The notes below the pieces were generated by a model. The model saw only the letters and a list, made by a program, of their open reading frames with translations, was not told the DNA's origin and searched no databases. Below, piece by piece: positions 9,412-17,720 of a stretch of DNA of 35,253 bases (positions are counted from its first letter, which is position 1; the number at the start of each line of letters is the position of its first letter). Made by a program: the position numbers and the translations under genes. Source of the stretch: Candidatus Woesearchaeota archaeon (GTDB lineage: Archaea > Nanobdellota > Nanobdellia > SCGC-AAA011-G17 > CAYHUM01); assembly GCA_964359945.1 (NCBI GenBank), contig CAYHUM010000003.1:1-35253 (forward strand), written 5' to 3'.

Positions 9412-9744
9412 TTACTGTATTTTAGCACCGTTTTTTATGTCAGAATCAGGTTGCAATAAGCTAACAATATTATTTTCTTGATCAACAGCTGCTAGTATCA
9501 TACCTTCACTTTTTATTCCTCTAAAAACAGCAGGTTCAAGATTAACAAATACAATTACTTTCTTTCCAATTAAATCATCTTCATTATAATATTGCTTAAT
9601 TCCAGCTACTAAATTTATTTCTTTATCACCTACATCAATTTTTAGTAAAATTAATTTATCTGCATTTGGATGTTTTTTTACACCTTTAATTTCTCCAACT
9701 CTTAAATCCAACTTTTTCCAATCACTAAATTTTATAATTTCCAT
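9412..9744 (-). CDS. Stand-alone tRNA-binding OB protein (MetRS C-terminal domain/Trbp111-like)
   Basis: LDLRVGEI..HPNADKL..LVAGI..NLEPA..GIKSEGMILAA. Confidence 0.92.
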   Translation of the reverse strand: MEIIKFSDWKKLDLRVGEIKGVKKHPNADKLILLKIDVGDKEINLVAGIKQYYNEDDLIGKKVIVFVNLEPAVFRGIKSEGMILAAVDQENNIVSLLQPDSDIKNGAKIQ

Positions 9745-9756
9745 TTTATAAAGCTA

Positions 9757-10317
9757 TTATTTTAGTACTTTAGATATGTATAAAGCCATAGCATGCAATA
9801 TTACTCTATGGACTTCTTGAATGTACTGAGTATCATTTGAATGAACTTTTACACTATAATGACAAATATCTGCTAATTTACTATCTTTTTTTGTAATACC
9901 AACGGTAAGACATTCTAGGTCATTAGCTTTATTTATAGCATTTATTACATTTTTAGATTCACCACTTGTACTAATTCCGATTACAACATCATCTTTTCTT
10001 GCGTAAGCTTCTACTTGTCTAGAGAATATGTACTCAAAACCAAGATCATTCCCTATTGCAGTAATTATTGCAGGATTAGTTAAAGAGTACACTGGTAATG
10101 CTCTTCTAGAATCATTTATTTTACAAACGAGTTCTGCTGCGAAATGATCAGCATCACTAGAAGAACCACCATTACCCAAAATTAATGATTTACTACCTTT
10201 TTTTAATCTTCTTGAAAGAAGGTAAGAAACACTCTGGGTGCTATCTATCAATACATTCAAATATTTTTTTTCTATATTTAAGTTTTTCTTTAAGTAATCT
10301 CGTATCAAAAATCTCAT
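9757..10317 (-). CDS. gmhA: Phosphoheptose isomerase GmhA/DiaA-family SIS protein
   Basis: GNGGSSSDADHFAAEL, TAIGNDLGFEYIFSRQV, GISTSGES, IQEVH. Confidence 0.85.
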   Translation of the reverse strand: MRFLIRDYLKKNLNIEKKYLNVLIDSTQSVSYLLSRRLKKGSKSLILGNGGSSSDADHFAAELVCKINDSRRALPVYSLTNPAIITAIGNDLGFEYIFSRQVEAYARKDDVVIGISTSGESKNVINAINKANDLECLTVGITKKDSKLADICHYSVKVHSNDTQYIQEVHRVILHAMALYISKVLK

Positions 10318-11789
10318 TTTATTTTTTTAAATAAAATTTCTCCTTTACTAATTTTATATTCTTTTACTAAACCGAATTTACAATCTTTTAAATAACCTTG
10401 ATTTACACCTAAAAATTTATTAATTTTTTCACAAGTTTCAGGAATAAATGAACTAAGTAATATTGAAATTATTCTAATTGCTTCTAATAAAGTATAAACG
10501 TGTTTATTTAATGTTTCACCTTTCATTTCCCAAGGTTTTTCATCATTAATATGTTTATTACATTCTTTAACAAATTTCCAGATTGTGTTTAAAGATTCAG
10601 TTAACTCATAATTATCCATTAATTTTTGTATAGTCTTTAATTCTAATTTATTACTTAATTCTTTATCAACATCACTTTTCTTTATTTTACTACCTAAATT
10701 CTTTTCACATATGGTTAAAACTCTACTTACTAAATTTCCTAAATCATTAGCTAATTCATTATTTAGCCTTTCCTTTAAAGCTTCTTCAGAAAAATCACCA
10801 TCTTGACCAAAATGTATTTCTCTTAATAAAAAATATCTCAAAGTGTCTAATCCGTATTTATCAATTAATTTTATCGGGTTAACAACATTTCCAGAAGTTT
10901 TACTTAGTTTTTCTCCTTTTAGATTAATAAAACCGTGAACTAAAACTTTTTCGGGAACTTTTATGTTTGTAGCCATTAAAATCGCAGGCCAGATAACACA
11001 ATGAAACCATGTGATATCTTTACCTATTAAATGAACATTAGCAGGCCAAAATTTTTTGAAATTATCTCCATTTGGATAATCTATTGCTGAAATGTAGTTA
11101 CTTAATGCATCAATCCAAACATAAATTTTGTGATTTTTATCAAAAGGAACATCTATACCCCAATCCAAATTTCTTCTTGAAACACTTAAGTCTTTTAAAC
11201 CATCTTTTTTAATTCTATTTATTAATTCAATCATTTTATTTTCAGGAATAATAAATTCCTTATTATTTAACAATTTTAAAATATCTTTTTCATATTTACT
11301 TAACTTAAAGAAATAACTTTCTTCTTTTAAATACTCAACTTTGATTTTATGTATAGGACATTTACCATTATCTAAATCCTTCTCCAAATAAAAATTCTCA
11401 CAACTTGTACAATACAATCCTTCATAATTTCCTTTATAAATCTCTTTTTTATCATATAATTTTTGAAATATTAATTGAGCAACTTTTACATGTTTAGGCT
11501 CTGTAGTTCTTATAAAATAGTCATTACTTATCTTTAACTTGACACATAAGTTTCTAAATTTTAAAGCATTTTTATCTACAAATTCTTTTATTGGAACTTT
11601 AGCAATTTTAGCTGCTTTAGCGTTTTTTTGTGCATTTTCATCAGTTCCAGTAAGAAAAAATACTTCTTTCTCATTAAGCCTGTTCCATCTTGCTATTATA
11701 TCCGCACATACCTTTTCATATGCATGTCCTAAATGCGGGTCAGAATTTACATAGTCTATTGCAGTAGTTATATAAAATTTATTTACCAT
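10314..11789 (-). CDS. metG: Methionyl-tRNA synthetase (short form, no C-terminal tRNA-binding domain)
   Basis: FYITTAIDYVN-PHLGH (HIGH), single knuckle CTSC..CPIH, YVWIDAL, IGKDITWFH, KLSKT (KMSKS), LANDLGNL. Confidence 0.95.
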   Translation of the reverse strand: MVNKFYITTAIDYVNSDPHLGHAYEKVCADIIARWNRLNEKEVFFLTGTDENAQKNAKAAKIAKVPIKEFVDKNALKFRNLCVKLKISNDYFIRTTEPKHVKVAQLIFQKLYDKKEIYKGNYEGLYCTSCENFYLEKDLDNGKCPIHKIKVEYLKEESYFFKLSKYEKDILKLLNNKEFIIPENKMIELINRIKKDGLKDLSVSRRNLDWGIDVPFDKNHKIYVWIDALSNYISAIDYPNGDNFKKFWPANVHLIGKDITWFHCVIWPAILMATNIKVPEKVLVHGFINLKGEKLSKTSGNVVNPIKLIDKYGLDTLRYFLLREIHFGQDGDFSEEALKERLNNELANDLGNLVSRVLTICEKNLGSKIKKSDVDKELSNKLELKTIQKLMDNYELTESLNTIWKFVKECNKHINDEKPWEMKGETLNKHVYTLLEAIRIISILLSSFIPETCEKINKFLGVNQGYLKDCKFGLVKEYKISKGEILFKKIK

Positions 11790-11880
11790 AGGAGTAAATT
11801 TATTATGAACTTATTTAAACTTTTTCTTTCTAAAATGAGATTATAGAAGCCTTTTTAAAGAGGCGCAAGTGACCGATTGT

Positions 11881-13080
11881 ATGAACTCAAAAACACATTT
11901 ACAAGAAGAATTAGTAAAAGCAGTAAACGATCTTGGCTTTGTTGAATTTACCGAGATTCAAAAAAGAGTTATACCTTTAATACAAGAAGGAAAGGATGTT
12001 ATAGCACAATCTCTTACAGGATCTGGAAAAACAGCTGCTTTTGGGTTACCAATAATAGAAAAAACAATATACGGGCAAGGTTTACAAGTCTTAATTTTAG
12101 TTCCAACAAGAGAGTTATGCGAACAAGTTAATAAGGAGATGCATAAGTTTTCTAAATATAAGAAGTTTAATATTTTAGCAGTGTATGGTGGAGTTTCAAT
12201 AAATCCTCAAATTCAAAAATTAAGGAATGCAGATATAGTTGTTGGCACTCCAGGAAGAATCCTAGATCATATTCAAAGACATACAATAATCTTAAGCAAA
12301 GTCAGAATTCTAGTTTTAGATGAAGCAGATAAGATGTTCGAAATGGGATTTATAGATGCAGTAAAAAAAATAATATCTTATCTAAATAAAAATAGACAAA
12401 CTTTATTGTTTAGTGCTACAATTTCTTCACAAGTTCATAATATAGTTAAGAATTACATGAAAACCCCCATAATGGTTAAAACTAAGTCATATATTGATGA
12501 GGAAAATATAGTACAACACTATTATAATGTTAATTCTAGAGAAAAATTTTCTCTATTAGTTCATTTATTAAAAGAAGAAGACAAAGAATTAACAATTATC
12601 TTTTGTGCAACCAGAAGAATGGTTGATATACTCTCTAAAAATCTAAGCCATTTAGAAATTAGATCAGGTAAATTGCACGGAGGATTATCTCAAAATAGAA
12701 GGAAAGAGGCTATTGATATGTTTCATAGTCATAAGTTTAATATTCTCGTAGCAAGCGATGTTGCAGCCCGAGGCCTAGATATAAAAAATGTTTCCCACAT
12801 AATTAATTATGATATTCCTAAAACTTCTAATGAGTATGTTCATAGGATTGGAAGAACTGCAAGAGCAGGGAGTCATGGAAAAGTTATTTCTTTACTTTCA
12901 GAAGGAGATTATGATAACTTTAGAAACGTTTTAGAAGACAAATCTTTAATTCTTCAGAAAATAGGATTACCAGAGTTTCAAAAGATTCCATTAATTAAAC
13001 AACAACATAGAAACTTTCACAATAGAGATCATTTTCATCACCAAAAAGGATTTCATAAAAGAAGTTTCAGAAGACACTAA
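11881..13080 (+). CDS. DEAD-box RNA helicase (ATG start 11881 preferred over GTG 11869)
   Basis: Q motif, TGSGKT, PTREL, TPGR, DEAD, SAT, ARGLD, HRIGRTAR; His/Arg-rich tail. Confidence 0.95.
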   Translation: MNSKTHLQEELVKAVNDLGFVEFTEIQKRVIPLIQEGKDVIAQSLTGSGKTAAFGLPIIEKTIYGQGLQVLILVPTRELCEQVNKEMHKFSKYKKFNILAVYGGVSINPQIQKLRNADIVVGTPGRILDHIQRHTIILSKVRILVLDEADKMFEMGFIDAVKKIISYLNKNRQTLLFSATISSQVHNIVKNYMKTPIMVKTKSYIDEENIVQHYYNVNSREKFSLLVHLLKEEDKELTIIFCATRRMVDILSKNLSHLEIRSGKLHGGLSQNRRKEAIDMFHSHKFNILVASDVAARGLDIKNVSHIINYDIPKTSNEYVHRIGRTARAGSHGKVISLLSEGDYDNFRNVLEDKSLILQKIGLPEFQKIPLIKQQHRNFHNRDHFHHQKGFHKRSFRRH

Positions 13081-14093
13081 TTTTTTTCTTTTGAATATGC
13101 TATACTTTTATTTAAGGCGTCTGTAGTTTCTTTTAAGTCCCCACCAAATAAAAATAAATCAGGTAAATTGTTATTGTGAATATACCACCAGTTTAAATTT
13201 TCTTTCTCAGCTTTTAACAATTTTTTTAATTTTAGTTTCTTAAATTCACTTTTATACCTTACTAGAACATTATTTGCCATCTTATAATGAAAATCTATAA
13301 ATTTTTTATTTAGGATAGGAAATGGATATAACATTAATCTATCTTCTAAATCTTTATTTAAAAACCTAGAAATTAAAGTAGCAACACTACCAAATGTAAA
13401 TCTATGCTCATCTATCTTAAACTTTTTAGATGTAGATTCAAATAATGCGGCTTTAGTTTCATCATAAGGTATTAAATTTATCCATGCCTCATAAATATGA
13501 TCTCCTTTAGAGTTTAAAGGTAAATAAATTAATTTAAATGTATTTTCAGGTTTTTCAGAATCAAAAGATGGAATTTCTCCTACACAACGATCACTGTAAT
13601 CATATATTTTTACATTTCCACTACAATAAACTCTTAATCCTCTATAATCTTCTAATATTGGTAAAACCTTTGGTAATGTATCCAAAGAACCAATACCTCT
13701 CCACATTATTCCTCTACACGATGCATTTACTGATCCATTTTTACTTTCTTTATTTCTTCTATATTTCCAATAAGCTAAAGATCTATGTATAACTTTTTGT
13801 GGGTTTATTTTCTTGTCTATACATTCCCTTTGGCTTTCTGGTAAATCAATAAGTCTACACTCGTTATAAGTTTTCCAAAATTCATTAGAACTCATTTCTG
13901 TTAAGGGGTTTTCTTTATATGTAGGTAATATGTAGTTATTTTCAGATATAATAAAATATTCATCATCTCTCAAATTTTCTATAATCCCAACTAATTCACT
14001 GTTACCTTTAAAATCAGTTTCAACTAATTTTTTCTTTTTAATTTCAGTTAAAGGTAAACCATCCACATATTGTTCTAAATTACTTATTGTCAT
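13077..14093 (-). CDS. Hypothetical protein
   Basis: 338-aa ORF in AT-rich DNA, ATG about 23-30 nt from a minus-strand TATA-like CTTAAATA; no family recognised. Confidence 0.75.
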   Translation of the reverse strand: MTISNLEQYVDGLPLTEIKKKKLVETDFKGNSELVGIIENLRDDEYFIISENNYILPTYKENPLTEMSSNEFWKTYNECRLIDLPESQRECIDKKINPQKVIHRSLAYWKYRRNKESKNGSVNASCRGIMWRGIGSLDTLPKVLPILEDYRGLRVYCSGNVKIYDYSDRCVGEIPSFDSEKPENTFKLIYLPLNSKGDHIYEAWINLIPYDETKAALFESTSKKFKIDEHRFTFGSVATLISRFLNKDLEDRLMLYPFPILNKKFIDFHYKMANNVLVRYKSEFKKLKLKKLLKAEKENLNWWYIHNNNLPDLFLFGGDLKETTDALNKSIAYSKEKN

Positions 14094-14108
14094 GATTATT
14101 ATTAAGAT

Positions 14109-14149
14109 AAAAAAATATTTAAGTGTATCTTTCTTATTATCTAGAAAGA
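14109..14149. promoter_or_regulatory. Shared bidirectional TATA element plus 7-bp inverted repeat
   Basis: AAAAAATATTTAAG reads as TATA-like on both strands between divergent genes; TCTTTCT-N8-AGAAAGA at 14128-14149. Confidence 0.45.
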
Positions 14150-14151
14150 AA

Positions 14152-14865
14152 ATGAGAGAAGAAGCTATAGAACTGATTAAAAAAGGATATTCTTTAAATA
14201 AAATAAAAAGTATAACGGGAATAAATAAATCCTCACTGTACTATCATTATAAAAAAATAAATGGCAGAAAATATAATTTAATAAAAATAAATGATTGTAA
14301 TAAACAAAAAATTGGAGAGTTTATTGGAATCTTTACGGGAGATGGTAATTTTTTCTTCGATAAAAACAAACATCATTATAGAATAACAATTTATACAGGA
14401 TTATATGAAGAAGATTATAGGAAGCATCTAAAAAGATTATTTAAAGATCTATTTTCAAAAACCCCTAGAATTTATAAAAATTACAAAACTAATGTTCAAC
14501 TTACACAGTATTATTCTAAAGATATTTACTTATTAATTAAAAGATATCTTACTTGGAATAAAAATAAAACTAAATCAGTTAGACTCAAGAAAATAATGTT
14601 TAATGAGCAGAATTTCCTCATCGGATTTTTAAGAGGGCTATTTGATACTGATGGCGGGATTTATAAAAAGAAAAATAAAGTAGCATTCGGAACAGCTTCA
14701 AAATATTTAGCATATCAAATAAGAAACATACTTAAATCATTTAATTTGCCTCCAGGATTTTATAAGTATAGTAATAAAGATTTCTATTATATTGACTTAT
14801 ATGGTGATAGAACAAGAAGATTTATGAAACTAATAAAACCTAATAACACTAATAAGATTTTATAG
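14152..14865 (+). mobile_element. Free-standing HTH plus double-motif LAGLIDADG homing endonuclease gene
   Basis: N-terminal HTH (GYSLNKIKSITGINKSSLYYH); motifs IGEFIGIFTGDG and LIGFLRGLFDTDG with acidic residues intact; no intein Cys/His-Asn ends; ATG 14152 preferred over 14092. Confidence 0.88.
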
Positions 14866-14948
14866 CAGTAGTAGTTCAGTGGTAGAATTTCGGCTTCCCA
14901 TTATTAAGGAAATAGCTGATGACCCGAGTTCAAATCTCGGCTACTGCA
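14865..14948 (+). tRNA. tRNA-Gly(CCC) with 13-nt intron at 37/38 (14901-14913)
   Basis: Acceptor GCAGTAG/CTACTGC, anticodon stem TCGGC/GCTGA, T-arm CCGAG-TTCAAAT-CTCGG; BHB central helix TTCC/GGAA; followed by a T-run. Confidence 0.93.
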
Positions 14949-15009
14949 CTTTTTAAGTCAAATGAAATACTGAAAAAGTTTAAATACAACTACTTATTAC
15001 CAAATAACT

Positions 15010-15449
15010 ATGAAAAAAAGGCATTACATATTAATCGTGCTTATTTCTTCTATAATATTTATTAGTGGATGTGCACAACTAAATTATGTATGTTATGATG
15101 GTACTGTAGTTTCTACTCATTCACTATGCCCTAAAGAGACTGAGATAAATTTTGAATTAGCTAATCAAAAATTTGGTCATTACAACAATGAAAGTAGGGA
15201 TTATTGGGCAGCGGATGTAACTTGTGATACGGAGTTTTAAAAAATCACAAATCTGATATAGAAAATGGATATATCAAAAATGTTATGTGTTATATGAGGG
15301 CTGTAGAACCTGAACCACCTAAAGAATATGAGTGTGCAACTGGGTTCTTTACTCAAGATAGAATAAATAACGGTAAATTTACTGGATGTCATACATCTGT
15401 ACATATATATTGTAGATGCAAATATCAAATAAGTTCGCCAACCCAATAA
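15010..15449 (+). pseudogene. Frameshifted Cys-rich lipoprotein-like gene
   Basis: Signal/lipobox-like FISGC and CYDGTVVSTHSLCP; stops at TAA 15238-15240 within TTTTAAAAAA, but the -1 frame is open for 70 codons (LKNHKSDIENG...CRCKYQISSPTQ*) to 15449. Confidence 0.65.
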
Positions 15450-15493
15450 TTTTATTTAATGAATTGCAAAAACATTTAGCTACCACTTTTATA

Positions 15494-15736
15494 TCATCTT
15501 CTTCTCTTAGTAACCCATTTGCCACTCTTAATTAGAACCTTATAAGTCGGACTTGATAATTTAAGCTTATAATCAGAAATTTTATTAATCTTTTCATATT
15601 CGTTTACTATTTTATGATCAATATTCTCTTTCTCTTCAGAAGTTTTTGCTTGTTCTCGTTGTTTTTTAAATAGGTTAATCTTATCAAAATGAATCTTTTC
15701 CCTAATATATAATTTATCTATTGATTTTTTAGTCAT
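15494..15736 (-). CDS. Small basic hypothetical protein
   Basis: 80-aa ATG ORF filling an intergenic gap, coiled-coil-like. Confidence 0.55.
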   Translation of the reverse strand: MTKKSIDKLYIREKIHFDKINLFKKQREQAKTSEEKENIDHKIVNEYEKINKISDYKLKLSSPTYKVLIKSGKWVTKRRR

Positions 15737-15863
15737 TTTTCATTTAAAATCATTAAAATATATTACTTATTTATCTATAATAACAATTATAATAATCCAC
15801 AAACTATTTAAGTTTTTCTATATTATCTATTATAAAGTAATTAAAATTAAGGGGGGAATATGA

Positions 15864-16343
15864 ATGAATAAAATCATAAAAGGATTAACATTAACAACAA
15901 TAGTTTTAGGTTTATCAATTTCTTGTGGGAAAAAAGAACAAAAAGTTACTGAACCTGCTCCAAAACCAAAAACAGTACAAGAATTACTAAATGAAAAACT
16001 TAGCCCTAATTATACAAATGTAAAAGATGGATTTATTAATTATCAGGTTACATCTACTAACCATTTATGGGAAATAGTAAGGACATATTCTAATCATTAT
16101 TACCAAGTTGTTCATAAAAGAAATGCAACACCTGGAGAAGTTGACAGTAAAGTAGTAGAAACAATAAGACTTAATCAAGATTTAGCTAAAAAATATGAAA
16201 ATTTAAATGAAACAAACTTTTTTGGGGGTTTTGAAGATGAAAATTTACTAATCATTCCTAATCATATAGAGACTGGTGATGTAGTAAAAATAAAACCTTA
16301 CTTAATCTCATCTAATGGAGGAGGAATAATAATAGATTTATAA
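15864..16343 (+). CDS. Putative lipoprotein with degenerate, interrupted LysM-like motif
   Basis: Signal peptide ending LSISC; YQVTSTNHLWEIVRTY ... IPNHIETGDVVKI; GGGGGG SD-like run upstream. Confidence 0.7.
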   Translation: MNKIIKGLTLTTIVLGLSISCGKKEQKVTEPAPKPKTVQELLNEKLSPNYTNVKDGFINYQVTSTNHLWEIVRTYSNHYYQVVHKRNATPGEVDSKVVETIRLNQDLAKKYENLNETNFFGGFEDENLLIIPNHIETGDVVKIKPYLISSNGGGIIIDL

Positions 16344-17048
16344 ATTTTTTATTACCTCTTTCCATTCTTCATAGTTTAATTGATAAACTAATTTATTATT
16401 AAAACTAAAATTAGGGATTTTTTTAGTAGCATCAAACTTATTTAATTCAAAAATTTTCTTAAAAGAATCTCTAGTTGCGTTTTTTAATTTCTTATCATTT
16501 TGCAAATAAATCTCTTTTATTAATAATTCTTTTTTTGATAATTTCTTTGGAATTATCTTAATAACATTAGAACTAACTCTTGGCATAGGTTCAAAAGCCT
16601 CTTTATTTACTTCTTCTAAGATAGCAATAATAAAAAAGATAGGCATTAAAATAGAAAGCAAACTTTTTTCTTTTGTTAATCTTGAAGCAAATTTATATGG
16701 AACTGTAAAAATAGCTAATTCAAAATTTATATTTAATAACTTATTCAATAACGGTTCACAAATATTATATGGTAAATTACTTACGATTTTATTAAATTTC
16801 AATTTATTTATTAATTTTAAAATATTTCCCTCTATTACCTCAACATTCTTTAATTTTTTATCTTTTAATGTTTTTACTAACACAGAATCAATTTCCACAG
16901 CGATAACTTTACATTTCTTACATAGTTCTTGAGTTAAATTTCCTGTACCAGAGCCTATTTCAAGGACAATATCATTTTTATTTAAACTAGCATAACTAAC
17001 TATTCTTTTAATTAGTTCCTTATCTATTATAAAATGTTGGTCTAACAT
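16338..17048 (-). CDS. rsmA: 16S rRNA adenine dimethyltransferase KsgA/Dim1
   Basis: LDQHFIID, VLEIGSGTGNLT, AVEID, VSNLPY, FEPMPRVSS. Confidence 0.93.
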   Translation of the reverse strand: MLDQHFIIDKELIKRIVSYASLNKNDIVLEIGSGTGNLTQELCKKCKVIAVEIDSVLVKTLKDKKLKNVEVIEGNILKLINKLKFNKIVSNLPYNICEPLLNKLLNINFELAIFTVPYKFASRLTKEKSLLSILMPIFFIIAILEEVNKEAFEPMPRVSSNVIKIIPKKLSKKELLIKEIYLQNDKKLKNATRDSFKKIFELNKFDATKKIPNFSFNNKLVYQLNYEEWKEVIKNL

Positions 17049-17093
17049 AAATTTCTTAAAGAAATAACATTTAAAATACTAACTTTTTTGTGT

Positions 17094-17720
17094 TTATCCT
17101 CTATTAAGATTATTTCTTAACTCGTCTGCATATCTGTGAGCTAGATGTAATGGTTCTGGTAATTTGTGAGGTAATCTTACACTTTTTTTAACAATATCAA
17201 CAGCTGTATTTAAACTAATTTTGTTTCCGGGACTAACAAATAAAGGTTTACTACCTTCTTTTAATTTAATTTTCATTCCTCTTAATTCATTTTCAACATA
17301 TATTTCATCTCCCTTAGTTACACCTAATAAAAAACTTTTAGATACTCCTATAGTACATTGATCTAATAAAATCCCGATATGAGAAGCTAAACCAATTCTA
17401 GAAGGATGTAAAATACCATTGCCATCAACCATCAAAACATCTGGTTTATTTTCTATTTTAGAAAAAGCTTCTATAATAACAGGTCCTTCCCTATAAGCTA
17501 GAAATCCCGGAACATAAGGAAATTTTACTTTAGTTATAGCATATTTTTTCTCTACAATTTTCATATCCTTATCACAAACTACTATGGCAGAAATTATATT
17601 TTTTCCACTAAAATTTTGATCTACTCCAGCTATTAGTTCAAGTTTATCAAAATCATCTTTTATTATAACTTTTTTAGCTAATTTTTCTTGCTCCTCTTTT
17701 AATTTATTTAGGTTTATCAT
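17094..17720 (-). CDS. nfi: Endonuclease V (start 17720 preferred over 17771)
   Basis: IAGVD, FPYVPGFLAYRE, VDGNGILHP-RIGLASH, TIGVSK, PLFVSPG, KLPEPLHLAH. Confidence 0.94.
   Translation of the reverse strand: MINLNKLKEEQEKLAKKVIIKDDFDKLELIAGVDQNFSGKNIISAIVVCDKDMKIVEKKYAITKVKFPYVPGFLAYREGPVIIEAFSKIENKPDVLMVDGNGILHPSRIGLASHIGILLDQCTIGVSKSFLLGVTKGDEIYVENELRGMKIKLKEGSKPLFVSPGNKISLNTAVDIVKKSVRLPHKLPEPLHLAHRYADELRNNLNRG

Noticed and set aside
14094-14948. Endonuclease as an intron- or intein-encoded ORF, or a split tRNA
   Set aside because: The tRNA is complete downstream, no 5' tRNA half lies upstream, and no intein terminal residues are present.
15237-15446. 69-aa minus-strand ORF
   Set aside because: Better explained as the shadow of the frameshifted plus-strand continuation.
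13077-16343. Integrated element or provirus at tRNA-Gly
   Set aside because: No integrase and no duplicated tRNA 3' end (att site) seen in the window.
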